Assembly (NCBI GenBank): GCA_036338695.1
Contig: JAYZBQ010000048.1
Coordinates: 352,001-416,000, forward strand
Direction: 5' to 3'
From: Myxococcota bacterium
Lineage (GTDB): Bacteria > Myxococcota > UBA4151
DNA: 64,000 bases
The translations under genes were made by a program, and so were the position numbers. Of this stretch, positions 38,090 to 48,114 are shown piece after piece. How positions within the stretch are numbered: position 1 is the first letter of the stretch; each line of letters begins with the position of its first letter. The notes under the pieces are model-generated. The model worked only from the letters and a program-made list of their open reading frames with translations, did not search any database and had not been told where the DNA came from.

Positions 38090-39534
38090 TTCATCGCCTC
38101 CTCAACGAATCCTGACACCGATCCGCCATTGTGCAAGCGCGCTTGCACGGCGCTGACGAGGCGACCGGCGAAAAGAGCACCTGGGCGGTGGTTGCCCGAG
38201 TCTCGCCAACCCCCAAAGGGTAGGTGGCCTGTCGCTCCCGCCGTCCCGCGGTTCCAGTTGACCACACCACAGCGTAGTCGAGAAGCCAAGTCATCGAACC
38301 GCTTTTGGTCGCCGCAGAAGATCGCTCCCGCGAGCCCGTATTCGAGCGCGTTCATGTGGGCGAGCCCTTGCTCTTCATCATCGACGGGGATCAGAACCAG
38401 ATCCGGTCCGAAATGTTCTTGGGTAAAATAGTCATGTTGACGCCAGCTGCCGGTGCGCAAAGCTGGGGTGAGAAAGGCGCCTGCGCCGCCTAGGTCGCGC
38501 CCCTCATATAAGGTCTCAACACCGGCTGATCGCGCCTGCTCGTTGAGCGCAAGCAGCCGCGCTTTCGCTCGCTGGTCGATGATCGGCCCCATAAAGACAT
38601 GGTCGTTGAGCGGGTGACCTACAGGTAATTTCGGGACCGCCTTTTTGAGCAGCGACGCGAGCTCGTCGAGGCGCGATCGGTGCACATAGGCTTGGCTCGT
38701 CGCGGTGCAGCGCTGACCGCAGGTAATGAACGCGGCGTTGAGCAGCTCTTTGGCGGTCAGCTCGAGGTCGGCGTCTTGGCCAACGAGCGCTGCATTCTTT
38801 CCACCCATCTCGAGGCTGACGAGTTTGGAAGGGGTCTGGTGTGTCGCTGCCAAGATCATTTTGCCGACGCGCGTCGAGCCGGTGAACAAGACGCCGTCGA
38901 CGCGCGGGTCGGTCGTGAGCTGCTGGCCGGCGCGCGCGTCGCCTTGGACCATGTTGAAGACCCCAGGCGGCAGCTCGGCTGCGGCCATGGCCTCGCTGTA
39001 GAGCGCCGCCACACCTGCTCCCTTTTCGCTGGGCTTGAGGATCACCGTGTTTCCGAGGAGGAGGGCGGGTAAGATCTGACCGTTGGCGAGGTGCGCGGGA
39101 AAGTTAAAGGGACCGAGCACCGAGACCACACCGAGCGGAAGGTAGCGACCGCAGCCGCGGTTCTCGGGCAGGTCCCAGTCCGCTACATCTTGCGCGATCA
39201 GACCGCAGGTCAGGTCGATGCGAGGGGCGAGGCCGCCCGCTTCCGTGCGCGCCTCCCAAAGCGGTTTGCCTACCTCGCGCGCGATCGCTTCGGCGATCGC
39301 ATCCTCTCGGCGCGCAAACTCCACTTGAATTCGCCGAAGCGCCGTTTCTCGATCCGCCCGCGACAAAGCGGCCCAAGCGGGCGCTGCCGCACGTGCCGCC
39401 GCGATCGCTTGGTCGGCGTGGTCGTCACCGAAAACGGTGGAGAAGACGCAGCGGTCATCGATGGGGCTGATGACCTCGAGGCGGTTGGACCCGCTGGTGA
39501 CCCAGCGGCCGTTGATGAAGCTTCCTTGGTGCAT
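38086..39534 (-). CDS. astD: Aldehyde dehydrogenase, probably succinylglutamate-semialdehyde dehydrogenase
   Basis: [41 protein letters not shown]...SGNHRP; adjacent to astA. Confidence 0.85.
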   Translation of the reverse strand: MHQGSFINGRWVTSGSNRLEVISPIDDRCVFSTVFGDDHADQAIAAARAAAPAWAALSRADRETALRRIQVEFARREDAIAEAIAREVGKPLWEARTEAGGLAPRIDLTCGLIAQDVADWDLPENRGCGRYLPLGVVSVLGPFNFPAHLANGQILPALLLGNTVILKPSEKGAGVAALYSEAMAAAELPPGVFNMVQGDARAGQQLTTDPRVDGVLFTGSTRVGKMILAATHQTPSKLVSLEMGGKNAALVGQDADLELTAKELLNAAFITCGQRCTATSQAYVHRSRLDELASLLKKAVPKLPVGHPLNDHVFMGPIIDQRAKARLLALNEQARSAGVETLYEGRDLGGAGAFLTPALRTGSWRQHDYFTQEHFGPDLVLIPVDDEEQGLAHMNALEYGLAGAIFCGDQKRFDDLASRLRCGVVNWNRGTAGATGHLPFGGWRDSGNHRPGALFAGRLVSAVQARLHNGGSVSGFVEEAMK

Positions 39535-39590
39535 CGCGCGCTCCTTGCGGCGGCACTATGGTCAGGCTCACCCGTTCCGACAACCCTGCG

Positions 39591-40601
39591 TCAGGTGGGC
39601 GAGGTGCCGAGCGGCGTGACGAGGAGCTCGCCCCCCTTGGAAACACCGAGGCGTTCAAGCGTGTTGGCGCTCAAATAGACCTGCATCCCTTGGCAGGTGA
39701 CGCTGGCCAAGCAACACCGAAACCCGCGCGCATCGTCGGTCGGGACACCGACGATGGCGCGCTCGGTGCCGTCGCCGACGCGCGCTCGCAAGGAGCGCGT
39801 CGTTGCGACCGCTGTGACCTCATCGGTCACGGCGCGGTAGTGCGGCCCGCCGTCAAATGGGTCGATGCGCCGAGTGTAGTAAAATCCCTGCTCTTGGAGC
39901 AGGCGCAAGGCGCCTTGCGTCTCGTCGCCCACGGTCTCGATCACGGCTTGCGTCTTCGGGCTGAACAAGCTCACGTGGAGATCGCTGCGGGGGAACAGGT
40001 CTTCGATGAACTCTTTTTCTTGCCCGCTGAGGTGATCCGCCTCGCGATAGGTCAAGCCCGTGAAGCGCTGACCTAGAGCATTCCAGAGCGGCGAGTTGCC
40101 GTCCGCGTCAAAGGGGGGGAGCAGCTCAGCGAGGATGTGATCGCAGAAGCGGTCCCGGTACGCTGCGATGAACTGAAAGCGACACAGGCTCAGGAAGCGA
40201 CCGAGACCTTGGCCGCGCAGCGCAGGGTCGAGCACCAAGCCACCGATCTCGGTGCGTGGGATGAAGCTGGTGCCGAGGCGTAGGACCTTATGTTGAAACA
40301 CCTGATCGAGCCGAGGTGAGTAGCGCTCCTCGTCGATCACATCGAAGAAGCAGTGCGGCGCTTGGGGGGAGCCGTGACGCGCGATGATCGTCGCCGAGCC
40401 TCTCAGCGCGCCGGACGCATCCTCGAGCACGAAGATCATCGCCTCATCGGGTTGATCCGACCCTGCCAATTGGCGCTCGCTGTCGATCAGCATCGCCTCG
40501 AGCCGTGCGTTATCCGCAGGCAGATTGACGGTGTCGAGGTGCTGAGCGAGTTGATAGAGTTGGTCTCGGTCTGACCGTTTGGCGCAGCGGATCATGTTCA
40601 T
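39591..40601 (-). CDS. astA: Arginine N-succinyltransferase
   Basis: TVNLPAD, TEIGGLVL, LSLCRF, LAEL, SPLWNALG.RF, EAD.LS, IDPFDGGP. Confidence 0.9.
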   Translation of the reverse strand: MNMIRCAKRSDRDQLYQLAQHLDTVNLPADNARLEAMLIDSERQLAGSDQPDEAMIFVLEDASGALRGSATIIARHGSPQAPHCFFDVIDEERYSPRLDQVFQHKVLRLGTSFIPRTEIGGLVLDPALRGQGLGRFLSLCRFQFIAAYRDRFCDHILAELLPPFDADGNSPLWNALGQRFTGLTYREADHLSGQEKEFIEDLFPRSDLHVSLFSPKTQAVIETVGDETQGALRLLQEQGFYYTRRIDPFDGGPHYRAVTDEVTAVATTRSLRARVGDGTERAIVGVPTDDARGFRCCLASVTCQGMQVYLSANTLERLGVSKGGELLVTPLGTSPT

Positions 40602-41140
40602 GAGTCGACACCGGTTAAGGGCATGGTCTCGTGGGCTGCCGGGCGCAGGGGCTGGGTGACAGCAGCCCCTGAAGGCTGATCATCGGCGACCACGGCGGCG
40701 GCTGACTCAAGCGGCTGCGTGAGCCGGGCGAGGAGGTCTCGAGCGACGAAGCGAAGGCGCAGCGCAAGCTCATGATCGACGTGCTGGCTCGCCTCCAAGT
40801 CGATCTCAGCGACTAAGTTTTGGAAGTACCGCTCGGCGCCTTGGGGGTCATCGAGGACAAAGGTTCGCTGCGCCGCGCTGCCGTCAACCCAGGCGTCGCA
40901 CATCCAGAAGAGCAGGTAGCGTAGCGCCCCCTCACCGACGGGTTTGGCGCCGCCGGGAAGGCGTGGGCGTTGCCCACCATCAAGCTGAGTCGCAACCGAC
41001 TCCTCACGCGGGATCAGATATTTTTTGCCTTGGCGAATGGCGCGCAGCCGCCCTTCGTTGATCCAGCGCCGAATGGTGCGCTCCGTGACGCGCGCCTCGA
41101 GCGCATACTCACGGACGGTGAGGAGTTTTCTTTCGGTCAT
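40598..41140 (-). CDS. Excisionase/BldC-like HTH DNA-binding protein with an unknown C-terminal domain
   Basis: LLTVREYALEARVTERTIRRWINEGRLRAIRQGKKYLIP. Confidence 0.82.
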   Translation of the reverse strand: MTERKLLTVREYALEARVTERTIRRWINEGRLRAIRQGKKYLIPREESVATQLDGGQRPRLPGGAKPVGEGALRYLLFWMCDAWVDGSAAQRTFVLDDPQGAERYFQNLVAEIDLEASQHVDHELALRLRFVARDLLARLTQPLESAAAVVADDQPSGAAVTQPLRPAAHETMPLTGVDS

Positions 41141-41158
41141 TATGTATTTTTCCGGACA

Positions 41159-41197
41159 TTATCGGTGTCTATTACGGTAAGTTAAACCCGCTTACCG
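41159..41197 (-). promoter_or_regulatory. Possible sigma28-type promoter overlapped by an inverted repeat
   Basis: Minus strand TTAA-N15-ACCGATAA (41185-41159); inverted repeat CGGTAAG-N9-CTTACCG (41175-41197). Confidence 0.4.
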
Positions 41198-41270
41198 GTA
41201 AAGGGTCTCTTGACCGATGATCGGATCAATCGACCTTGTTCGATGGCGCATTGCGACGTACGAGTTGAGC

Positions 41271-42041
41271 ATGAAATCGCTTCTCGATGTCCCGAATGAG
41301 CTCTGGCGCGCCGTGCGCGCAGTGGGTTTTGATATCGATGACACGGTGACCACCGATGGTCGCGTGACCGCTGAGGCGTACAGCGCCATGTGGGCGCTCA
41401 AAGAGGCTGGGTTCCGTGTTCTGGCGGTCACCGGACGCCCTGCGGGTTGGTGTGATATGATCGCTCGCACCTGGCCCGTCGACGGCGTCCTTGGTGAGAA
41501 CGGCGCGTTGTTCTTTCGGCGCGTGGATCAGATCGTGTCACGGTATGACCTCGGGACGCCGCCTGCGCCAGGGCAGCTCGAGGCGCTGGCGGAGCGTTTG
41601 CTTCAGCGCTTCCCTGAGCTCAAAGTCGCCAGCGATCAGTTCTGTCGCCGGTTTGATCTCGCAATCGATTTTGCCGAAGAGATCGGACCGTTCCCGATCA
41701 CTCGAGCGGAAGCTCTGGCGCGCGCTTTTGAGGACGAGGGCGCCAAGGCAAAGGTCTCTTCGATCCACGTCAACGGGTGGTTTGGTGCCTGGGATAAAGC
41801 CAGCGGTCTTCAGCAGGTTTTACGTCACCACTTTGACCTCGGCACGCACCAGCTCGCCTACGTCGGCGACTCGCCGAACGATGGCCCCTTGTTTGAGATT
41901 GCGGCGCTGAGTGTTGGGGTGGCCAACATCCGTGACTTCACGGATCTGCCCGAGGCGCCGGCCTTTGTGACGCCGAGCGCCCAGGGTGCTGGCTTCGCTG
42001 AATTCGTGACTCGCTTGATGGAAGAACAGAGTTTGCCCTAA
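41271..42041 (+). CDS. HAD-IIB family hydrolase
   Basis: Start at ATG 41271. FDIDDT, VTGRPAGW, GENG, SSIHVNGW, YVGDSPND. Confidence 0.9.
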   Translation: MKSLLDVPNELWRAVRAVGFDIDDTVTTDGRVTAEAYSAMWALKEAGFRVLAVTGRPAGWCDMIARTWPVDGVLGENGALFFRRVDQIVSRYDLGTPPAPGQLEALAERLLQRFPELKVASDQFCRRFDLAIDFAEEIGPFPITRAEALARAFEDEGAKAKVSSIHVNGWFGAWDKASGLQQVLRHHFDLGTHQLAYVGDSPNDGPLFEIAALSVGVANIRDFTDLPEAPAFVTPSAQGAGFAEFVTRLMEEQSLP

Positions 42042-42089
42042 AGGGCAGACCTTCGTAGGGTCGCCGGAGCGACCAAGAGGTAGAGTCAC

Positions 42090-44129
42090 GTGGAGGCGCG
42101 GTGCGGACAATGTGGGACCTTGTGGCAGGTGGACACCGACGCCGTGGACCCCGACCAGCCGTATCAGTGCAACGCCTGCGGCTTTATCTTCTCGATTTCC
42201 CTGGAAGGGAGCAGCCCGATGCAGATCCGTCATACCAACGGTAAGATTTACAAAGTCAAAGATCTCACGACGTTGGTTCGTTGGGTGGGTGAGAAGCGCG
42301 TGCCGCGCCAGTGCATGGTGCGCGAGGACGACGGTGAGTGGCAGCAAGCGCTCGCCATTCCCGAGGTCGCGGAAGCCTTCGCGCTCCTCGACGCTCGTCG
42401 TCGACAGGGGTCGAACGCGCCCAAGCCTGCCGAGAAGGCAGTACAAGACGTGGTCGAGGCAGCCGCACAGCCGGTTGACCCGACGGCGGTCGTGGCGGCC
42501 GTGTCGGAGGCGCCTTCGCTGGTGGCTGAGGGGCAGGACGCCGACGCAGCTGCGCTTGAGGCTGCGCTTGAGCTTGAGCTCGCTGAGCCAGCGGACGCCG
42601 AGGTCACGGAGCAACCTCGTCCTGCCGAGGCGGTTGAAGTTTCGAGCGGAGACGACTCGGGCGACGACTTCGATGATGCGTTTGCGCTTCTCGATGAGAT
42701 GACCAACGAGCCGAGCGATGTCCCGGGGCTGCAGCTGGATGAGGACGCCTTCGATGAGCTCGATGAGCCGAAGAAGAAGAGCAAGCTTCCGATGGTGATC
42801 GGTGTCGTCGCCGTCGCGGCGATCGGGGGTTATCTCGCCACATCGGGCGGAGGCGGCGCGCAAGCGGATCCGCTGAGCGGAGACAGCCCTGAAGCGAAGG
42901 CGCTCAAAGCGAGCTACGAGCGAGCGCTCGAGGCGCTCGCAAGCGGTGACGTTGAGCGCATGAAGGGCGCCATGACGGCGCTTGAGCCGGCGATGTGCCT
43001 CAAGGGCTGCGAAGGCTCGCAGTGCGTCAAAGATGAAAAGGGAGGCTGCGAGATCAGCAAAGATGCGGCGCCCTTTGCGCCCTTCTTCTTGCTCTACGAC
43101 CGGCTGTGGTTGGAGGCCAACCAGACGAACGCCAACGTGCAGGAGCACGCAGCGGCTGTACTCAAAGCGCTCCAAGCTCAGGCTGAGGCGCCCTTTGGGA
43201 AAGAGCGTCTGAGCGCGGTCGCCGATTATTGGAACGCCTCGCAGCCACAGGTGGACGAGACCAGCAACAAGAGCGCGTTGTCGCTCGCCAAGGTCGTCGG
43301 CGCAATCCCGCAAGCAGCCGATACGCCAGCGCTCGTGGCGCTCAAGCAGCTTGACGGCGGTTCCGCTGACAAGGCGGCGGCGCAGCTCAAGGAGGCGACC
43401 GCAGATCCGGCCAAGACACCGGACGCCCGTCTCATGACGCTCGCTCAGGCACGCCAGACGCGCGTGGAGGCGGCAGCGAAGGGTTGCGGCCCCGTCAATG
43501 AGGCCTATCTCGCAGCGGTCAAAGCCGGGTTGCCGAGCATGGGGCGTGAGCTAGCGCTCTTCCTCGGCACCAACGGCGACCTCAAGGGGGCGGCGCTCGC
43601 GGCGGGTAAGGCAGCCGACACCGACCCGATGCTGCGCGCTCTTGTCACCGCCTCCAAGCTCGGCCCTGAGGCGAGCGATCAGGAGCTGATGGTCAAGTAC
43701 AAAGCGCAGAACAAGGTCACCATGCGGAAGTCGAAGAAGATCATCAAATTCCTCTACGGGCAGCTGGGTAAGTACCAAGAGATGAGCGAGAAGCGAGGTG
43801 ACCTGCTCGCAGGGATTCAAGAGATGTTCCCGAACGCCGTCAAGGAGGGGCTTGAGGGTGCCTGGACTTCGGTTGCGCTGGGTCAAGCCGCCGAGGGTGA
43901 GGCGAAAGCCAAGCATGGCGAGAAAGCGCTCAAGCGCTTTGAGCGCATCTTAGCCGCCGACCCGAACCGCCGAGACGCCTTGTTAGGACGCGCCGCAGCG
44001 GCGCTGCTCGTCGGTAAAGCCGACGCACACCGAGCTGACGCTTTTGCGTGGCTCTTTGCGCAAAAGGGCGTTGAAAAGCCGGCTTGCGTTGTGGCGGTCA
44101 AGGCGCCTGAGGCACCGGCGGCAAAGTAG
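42090..44129 (+). CDS. Zinc-ribbon + GYF-like + TM + helical/TPR periplasmic protein
   Basis: CGQCGT..CNACG zinc ribbon; LVRWV.E.RV...W...IPE GYF_2-like domain; acidic linker; TM after KKKSK. Confidence 0.75.
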   Translation: MEARCGQCGTLWQVDTDAVDPDQPYQCNACGFIFSISLEGSSPMQIRHTNGKIYKVKDLTTLVRWVGEKRVPRQCMVREDDGEWQQALAIPEVAEAFALLDARRRQGSNAPKPAEKAVQDVVEAAAQPVDPTAVVAAVSEAPSLVAEGQDADAAALEAALELELAEPADAEVTEQPRPAEAVEVSSGDDSGDDFDDAFALLDEMTNEPSDVPGLQLDEDAFDELDEPKKKSKLPMVIGVVAVAAIGGYLATSGGGGAQADPLSGDSPEAKALKASYERALEALASGDVERMKGAMTALEPAMCLKGCEGSQCVKDEKGGCEISKDAAPFAPFFLLYDRLWLEANQTNANVQEHAAAVLKALQAQAEAPFGKERLSAVADYWNASQPQVDETSNKSALSLAKVVGAIPQAADTPALVALKQLDGGSADKAAAQLKEATADPAKTPDARLMTLAQARQTRVEAAAKGCGPVNEAYLAAVKAGLPSMGRELALFLGTNGDLKGAALAAGKAADTDPMLRALVTASKLGPEASDQELMVKYKAQNKVTMRKSKKIIKFLYGQLGKYQEMSEKRGDLLAGIQEMFPNAVKEGLEGAWTSVALGQAAEGEAKAKHGEKALKRFERILAADPNRRDALLGRAAAALLVGKADAHRADAFAWLFAQKGVEKPACVVAVKAPEAPAAK

Positions 44130-44132
44130 GGC

Positions 44133-45083
44133 TTGAGCCAGCGCATCACCCAGCTCTTCGGGGTCCGCTATCCGATCGTTCAGGCGGGGATGATCTGGGT
44201 ATCGGGCTGGAGGCTTGCTGCGGCTGTCAGCGAGGCGGGCGGGCTTGGTTTGATCGGCGCCGGGTCGATGAAGCCGGAGCTGCTGCGAGCGCATATTCGG
44301 AAATTGCGAGCCGCCACGCGCAAGCCCTTCGGGGTCAACCTGCCTCTTTTGTATAAGCACATGGACGCGTGCGTCGAGGTCGTCCTTGATGAACGCGTCC
44401 CCGTCGTCGTCTCGTCGGCGGGGTCACCGGCAGCGGTCAGTGAGCGGCTGCGCGCCGCTCAGACGATCCACGTTCATGTGGTCGCCTCGGTGCGCCAGGC
44501 CCTCAAGTGTGAGCAGCTCGGCTTGGACGCCGTCGTCTGTGAGGGGGTCGAAGCCGGCGGTCACAACGCGCCGCAAGGAACGACGACCATGTGCCTGGTG
44601 CCGCAGGTTGTCGATGCGGTCTCGGTGCCTGTCATCGCGGCGGGCGGGATCGCTGATGGGCGCGGTATGGCGGCTGCTTTCGCCCTAGGGGCAAGCGCTG
44701 TTCAGGTCGGTACCCGGTTCGCTGTCTGCGCCGAGAGCAGCGCTCATCAGGCGTATCAGCAGGCGGTGATCGACGCCGGCGATCGGGACACCGTGCTGGC
44801 GCTTTCGCCTGTGACGCCGGTGCGGTTGATCAAAAACCCCTTTGCGCAGCGAGCGCTCGAGGCAGAGCGTCAGGGCGCTTCGCCCGAGGAGCTCAAGGAG
44901 CTGCTCGGGAAAGGCCGCGGGCGCGCAGCGATCTTTTGTGGGGACGTCGAAGAGGGTGAGATCGAAGCCGGTCAGATCTCGGGGTTGATCCATGACCGCC
45001 CCGGCGCCGCTGAGGTGCTCGAGCGCATGATGGCAGAGTTCACAGCCTGCCGTCGGCAGCTAACCGAGCTGCGCTTCGAGTGA
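44133..45083 (+). CDS. Nitronate monooxygenase family / FabK-like flavoprotein
   Basis: PIVQAGMIWVS...LAAAVSEAGGLG, EGVEAGGH, VIAAGGIADGRG, VQVGTRF, EAGQ. Confidence 0.9.
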   Translation: MSQRITQLFGVRYPIVQAGMIWVSGWRLAAAVSEAGGLGLIGAGSMKPELLRAHIRKLRAATRKPFGVNLPLLYKHMDACVEVVLDERVPVVVSSAGSPAAVSERLRAAQTIHVHVVASVRQALKCEQLGLDAVVCEGVEAGGHNAPQGTTTMCLVPQVVDAVSVPVIAAGGIADGRGMAAAFALGASAVQVGTRFAVCAESSAHQAYQQAVIDAGDRDTVLALSPVTPVRLIKNPFAQRALEAERQGASPEELKELLGKGRGRAAIFCGDVEEGEIEAGQISGLIHDRPGAAEVLERMMAEFTACRRQLTELRFE

Positions 45084-46010
45084 GCCGCTGAGCAGCACCG
45101 CTGTCTCCTCGAGCTGTGCGCAGACGCGTGGGTCGAGCCCCCCGAACGGTGAGCCGATGATCAGCAGCGCCACGACACGCTGGCGAAGAGCGATGGGGCG
45201 CACCGCAGCCGAGTGGAGCGGTGCTTGATGACCGCAGAGCGTCCCCCAGTGCGCGCCCGGCTCGGCGAGATAGGTGACCCGCTCGGGCTCAAGGGCTTCG
45301 ATGGCGGGGCTGAGGTGGTCGAGCGTCAGCGCTTGAGTGGTCGTCTTCAGCACTCGGCCATGGATGCGCCAGGCGCCCGCAAGCGGAGCGAAACCCTGCA
45401 GATGGTCACAGACGAGGTCAAGCTGCGCCGCCCCGTTGTCGCAGCGGCCTAGGCGGTGCGCGAGATGTTCTGGCTCGGCGCTTAAGGGCTCTTCGGTGCG
45501 CTGCTCGGTCGGCTCGTTAGGCGCGGGCGCAATGAAGAACCGAGGATACAGGCGAGCCGTCAGCAGCGCGAGGTCATCGTCGACAGGGCTTTGCTCCAGC
45601 CAGCGCGTGAGGACCCTGTAGAGGAAGGGGGGGATCGCTCGTGCGCGGAGTTCGACGCCGAGCAGCTGAGCCAGCTCTTCGCCTTCGCGCTCGCTCGGTT
45701 TTCGGTCGCTGAGCGCGTACAGAACGAGCCCTCGTTGATCGACGGGGATCAGGCGATAACGCGCCGCAAGGCGCGCAGGAAACTGAGCGCTGCGCTCGAG
45801 GCTGAGGCGGTCAAGGTCCAAGGGGCTCGCCGCAGGAAGCCCGATGGACGCACCGTAGCTCTCAAGGACGTCCTCAAGCCCGAGCAAGCCCATCTCGAGG
45901 GCATGCTGGTCCACAGACCCGCCCATGAGCCGGCTGCGGTGCTGCAGTAAAGCCAGCTGACTCTCTGCGAGGAGCTCGCGCGCGAGCAGCGTCTCGGTGA
46001 ATGCATTCAT
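45060..46010 (-). CDS. GspE-N/MshEN-like domain protein with a GAF-like C-terminus
   Basis: Start at ATG 46010. Degenerate xxxLLxxxLL...LEMGLL repeat, PARLAARYRLIP, C-terminal VRPIALRQRVVALL. Confidence 0.6.
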   Translation of the reverse strand: MNAFTETLLARELLAESQLALLQHRSRLMGGSVDQHALEMGLLGLEDVLESYGASIGLPAASPLDLDRLSLERSAQFPARLAARYRLIPVDQRGLVLYALSDRKPSEREGEELAQLLGVELRARAIPPFLYRVLTRWLEQSPVDDDLALLTARLYPRFFIAPAPNEPTEQRTEEPLSAEPEHLAHRLGRCDNGAAQLDLVCDHLQGFAPLAGAWRIHGRVLKTTTQALTLDHLSPAIEALEPERVTYLAEPGAHWGTLCGHQAPLHSAAVRPIALRQRVVALLIIGSPFGGLDPRVCAQLEETAVLLSGSLEAQLG

Positions 46011-47401
46011 CACTCGGTGCGCCAGGTGATCCGCAAGAGGATGTCGCTGAAGGCGCGGCTGTTCTTGTCGACGAGCGCGTAGGTGCCTCCCAATCCAAGC
46101 GGTAAGAGGCTGAGTAAGAACAGGGGCGGACGAGCGAAACGGCGCCAAGAGGCTTGGGTGACCCAGCTCAGGCGCGTCAGCTTCATGCCTGGCGTCGCTC
46201 CCCATACGAAGATACCGACCCAGCACCAAACCAGCCAGCTCAGCGCGATCAACAACACACCCCATGGGATGCCGCCTGACTCGCCGAGCAACCAAGTGGC
46301 GAGCACCTCCTCAGGAGGGCGCTTCGCAGCGCTGAGCTCCGCGGCGACCCAGATCGAGGCCAGCGCGCCGACAGGCACACTATCGATCAGGGTCGCGCCG
46401 AGTCTCCGCCAGCCGTACAACGCGCAGGCGTTGCTCACCTCGACGGTCTCTTTAGGCTTGGTTTGTCCAAGACGCTGCGCCGCCTCTTGGAGCTGCTTGA
46501 GCGCCTTGCGCGCAGCGACGTTGAGCCGGCTCGGCGTGCGGGGCGCGTCTGGCTCCTCAGCTTGAGCCTCCGGTTCGGTGACCGGCTGAGGGGCTTGAGG
46601 CGCCTCCACTTGCATTGGAGGATCGGAGGCGACCTTGACGGGTTGGATCGGCTCTGGCGCCGCCTCGAGACGCTCTTCATGAGCGGGCTCGGTCGGCGCC
46701 GGTTGAAGCCCTCCGCTTGGATTCAGGCGCTTGAAGGGGAGCTCGGGTTCGCCTGCCTGCTGCGGTTCCTCAGCGCTGACGCCCGGGCGGTGCTCGATCG
46801 CTGGCTCCGGCTCGGTGGCTTGCGTCAGCTCGCCACCCGGCGCGTCGTGTTCGTTCGGGACGCTCGGCGGCGCCTTCTTGGGCGGCTCGACAGCCGGCTC
46901 AGCAGGCGCTTGGACGGGCAGCTCGGCGCGCTCCAAGAACGCCTCTGCGATCTGCTCGGTCGGTGAACTGGTAGGCCCGCTCGCTGAGGGCTGGGTATCG
47001 GAAGAGGTCGGCGCAGACGCAGGGGCTGGCGGGGTCGTTAGGACCTGAGGGGGGATGCTCTGGCTAACCGGCTCAACAAAAGCCGGCCTCCCTTTGCGGA
47101 GCTCTTCACGTAGCCCTTCAAGGCGCGCCTGTCGGCTCTTTTCGAGTGCGGTCTTTAACGCCGTATCGCTGGCGACGACTCCGCTTGGAAGACGCGGCAC
47201 GACGTCGACTCGGTTCGGGTTGACCGTGACGCCTCGCCGCTGACGCGCTCGGGTTCGGGCGCGTGTCTCGGCGATGATCTGACGCAGCTTGGGCTTGATC
47301 GCGGCGTCGCTCGAGGTGTCTTGAAGCGGCGCCGAGCACGCACGGCAGCGCACGGCGTCTTCTGGGTTAGGAAAGCCGCAGCGTGAACAGGCGAGCGTCA
47401 T
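46010..47401 (-). CDS. Zinc-ribbon + Pro/Glu-rich linker + RDD-family membrane protein
   Basis: Start at ATG 47401. CSRCG..N...A.RC.AC; WRRLGATLID, GATPGMKL, D..R.FSD. Confidence 0.8.
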   Translation of the reverse strand: MTLACSRCGFPNPEDAVRCRACSAPLQDTSSDAAIKPKLRQIIAETRARTRARQRRGVTVNPNRVDVVPRLPSGVVASDTALKTALEKSRQARLEGLREELRKGRPAFVEPVSQSIPPQVLTTPPAPASAPTSSDTQPSASGPTSSPTEQIAEAFLERAELPVQAPAEPAVEPPKKAPPSVPNEHDAPGGELTQATEPEPAIEHRPGVSAEEPQQAGEPELPFKRLNPSGGLQPAPTEPAHEERLEAAPEPIQPVKVASDPPMQVEAPQAPQPVTEPEAQAEEPDAPRTPSRLNVAARKALKQLQEAAQRLGQTKPKETVEVSNACALYGWRRLGATLIDSVPVGALASIWVAAELSAAKRPPEEVLATWLLGESGGIPWGVLLIALSWLVWCWVGIFVWGATPGMKLTRLSWVTQASWRRFARPPLFLLSLLPLGLGGTYALVDKNSRAFSDILLRITWRTE

Positions 47402-48114
47402 GGCTGCTGCCACCAATGGTGCATCACAACCGCCGGCAGGAGGCTGGCGGCGTGGCGCGCACGCAGCGTCCGCTCGCCAAGCCGCATGCCGCGCCCGCCG
47501 CGTCGATCAAGCAGCGCACGCTCCTGCGCAGAGAGCCCTCCTTCGGGACCTACGACGACGCCGAGTCGGTCTTCGACCCGATGGGTGAGTGGGGCGCCTG
47601 CTGCGTCGCCATAGACGACGTACTCTAGGTCCTCGATGGCTGCGCCGAGGGACTCGAAAGCCTCCACGCGCGCGCACCAAAAGCCGCCGCTCTGCCGGCA
47701 GCTATCTTGCGTGATGCGCGCCCATCGAAGGCGTTGCTTGTCGCCCCAGGCGCTCAAATTTTGGTCCCTATCGGCTTGGAACACGCGGATCAGCGGGAAC
47801 CCGAGCGCGCTCAGCGCCGCCAGCGCATCGTCTTCGCCGTGCCGCTTTTGGCGCGCAAGGATCGGAACCGGCGCCAGCTCATTCGGGCGCCGCTCCAGCC
47901 GCAGGGGCTCCAGCCAGCTCCCTTCGATACGTTCCTTGGTCAGGCGCGTCAGCTCGGCGCGCCGAGCGCCGCCCAGCCCGTCGAAAAACTCGACCTGAGC
48001 GCCGGCGCGTAAGCGCAGCGAACGGCTCAGGTACGTCAGCGCATCGGGCTCCGTCACGACAGCTTGTGTCGCTTCAAGTTGGGCGCGGGAGCTTGGGCAG
48101 CGGCGATCGGTCAT
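47398..48114 (-). CDS. rsmE: 16S rRNA m3U1498 methyltransferase
   Basis: SLRL..G..V.FFDG, CRQSG, VGPEGGLS, LGERTLRA; downstream of prmA. Confidence 0.88.
   Translation of the reverse strand: MTDRRCPSSRAQLEATQAVVTEPDALTYLSRSLRLRAGAQVEFFDGLGGARRAELTRLTKERIEGSWLEPLRLERRPNELAPVPILARQKRHGEDDALAALSALGFPLIRVFQADRDQNLSAWGDKQRLRWARITQDSCRQSGGFWCARVEAFESLGAAIEDLEYVVYGDAAGAPLTHRVEDRLGVVVGPEGGLSAQERALLDRRGGRGMRLGERTLRARHAASLLPAVVMHHWWQQP

Noticed and set aside
40598..41140. Excisionase as a sign of a prophage or ICE
   Set aside because: No integrase, att repeats or phage genes nearby; the gene is coupled to astA, so a regulator is more likely.
41820..43313. 497-aa minus-strand ORF
   Set aside because: Antisense shadow of the HAD and zinc-ribbon/GYF genes; no motifs.
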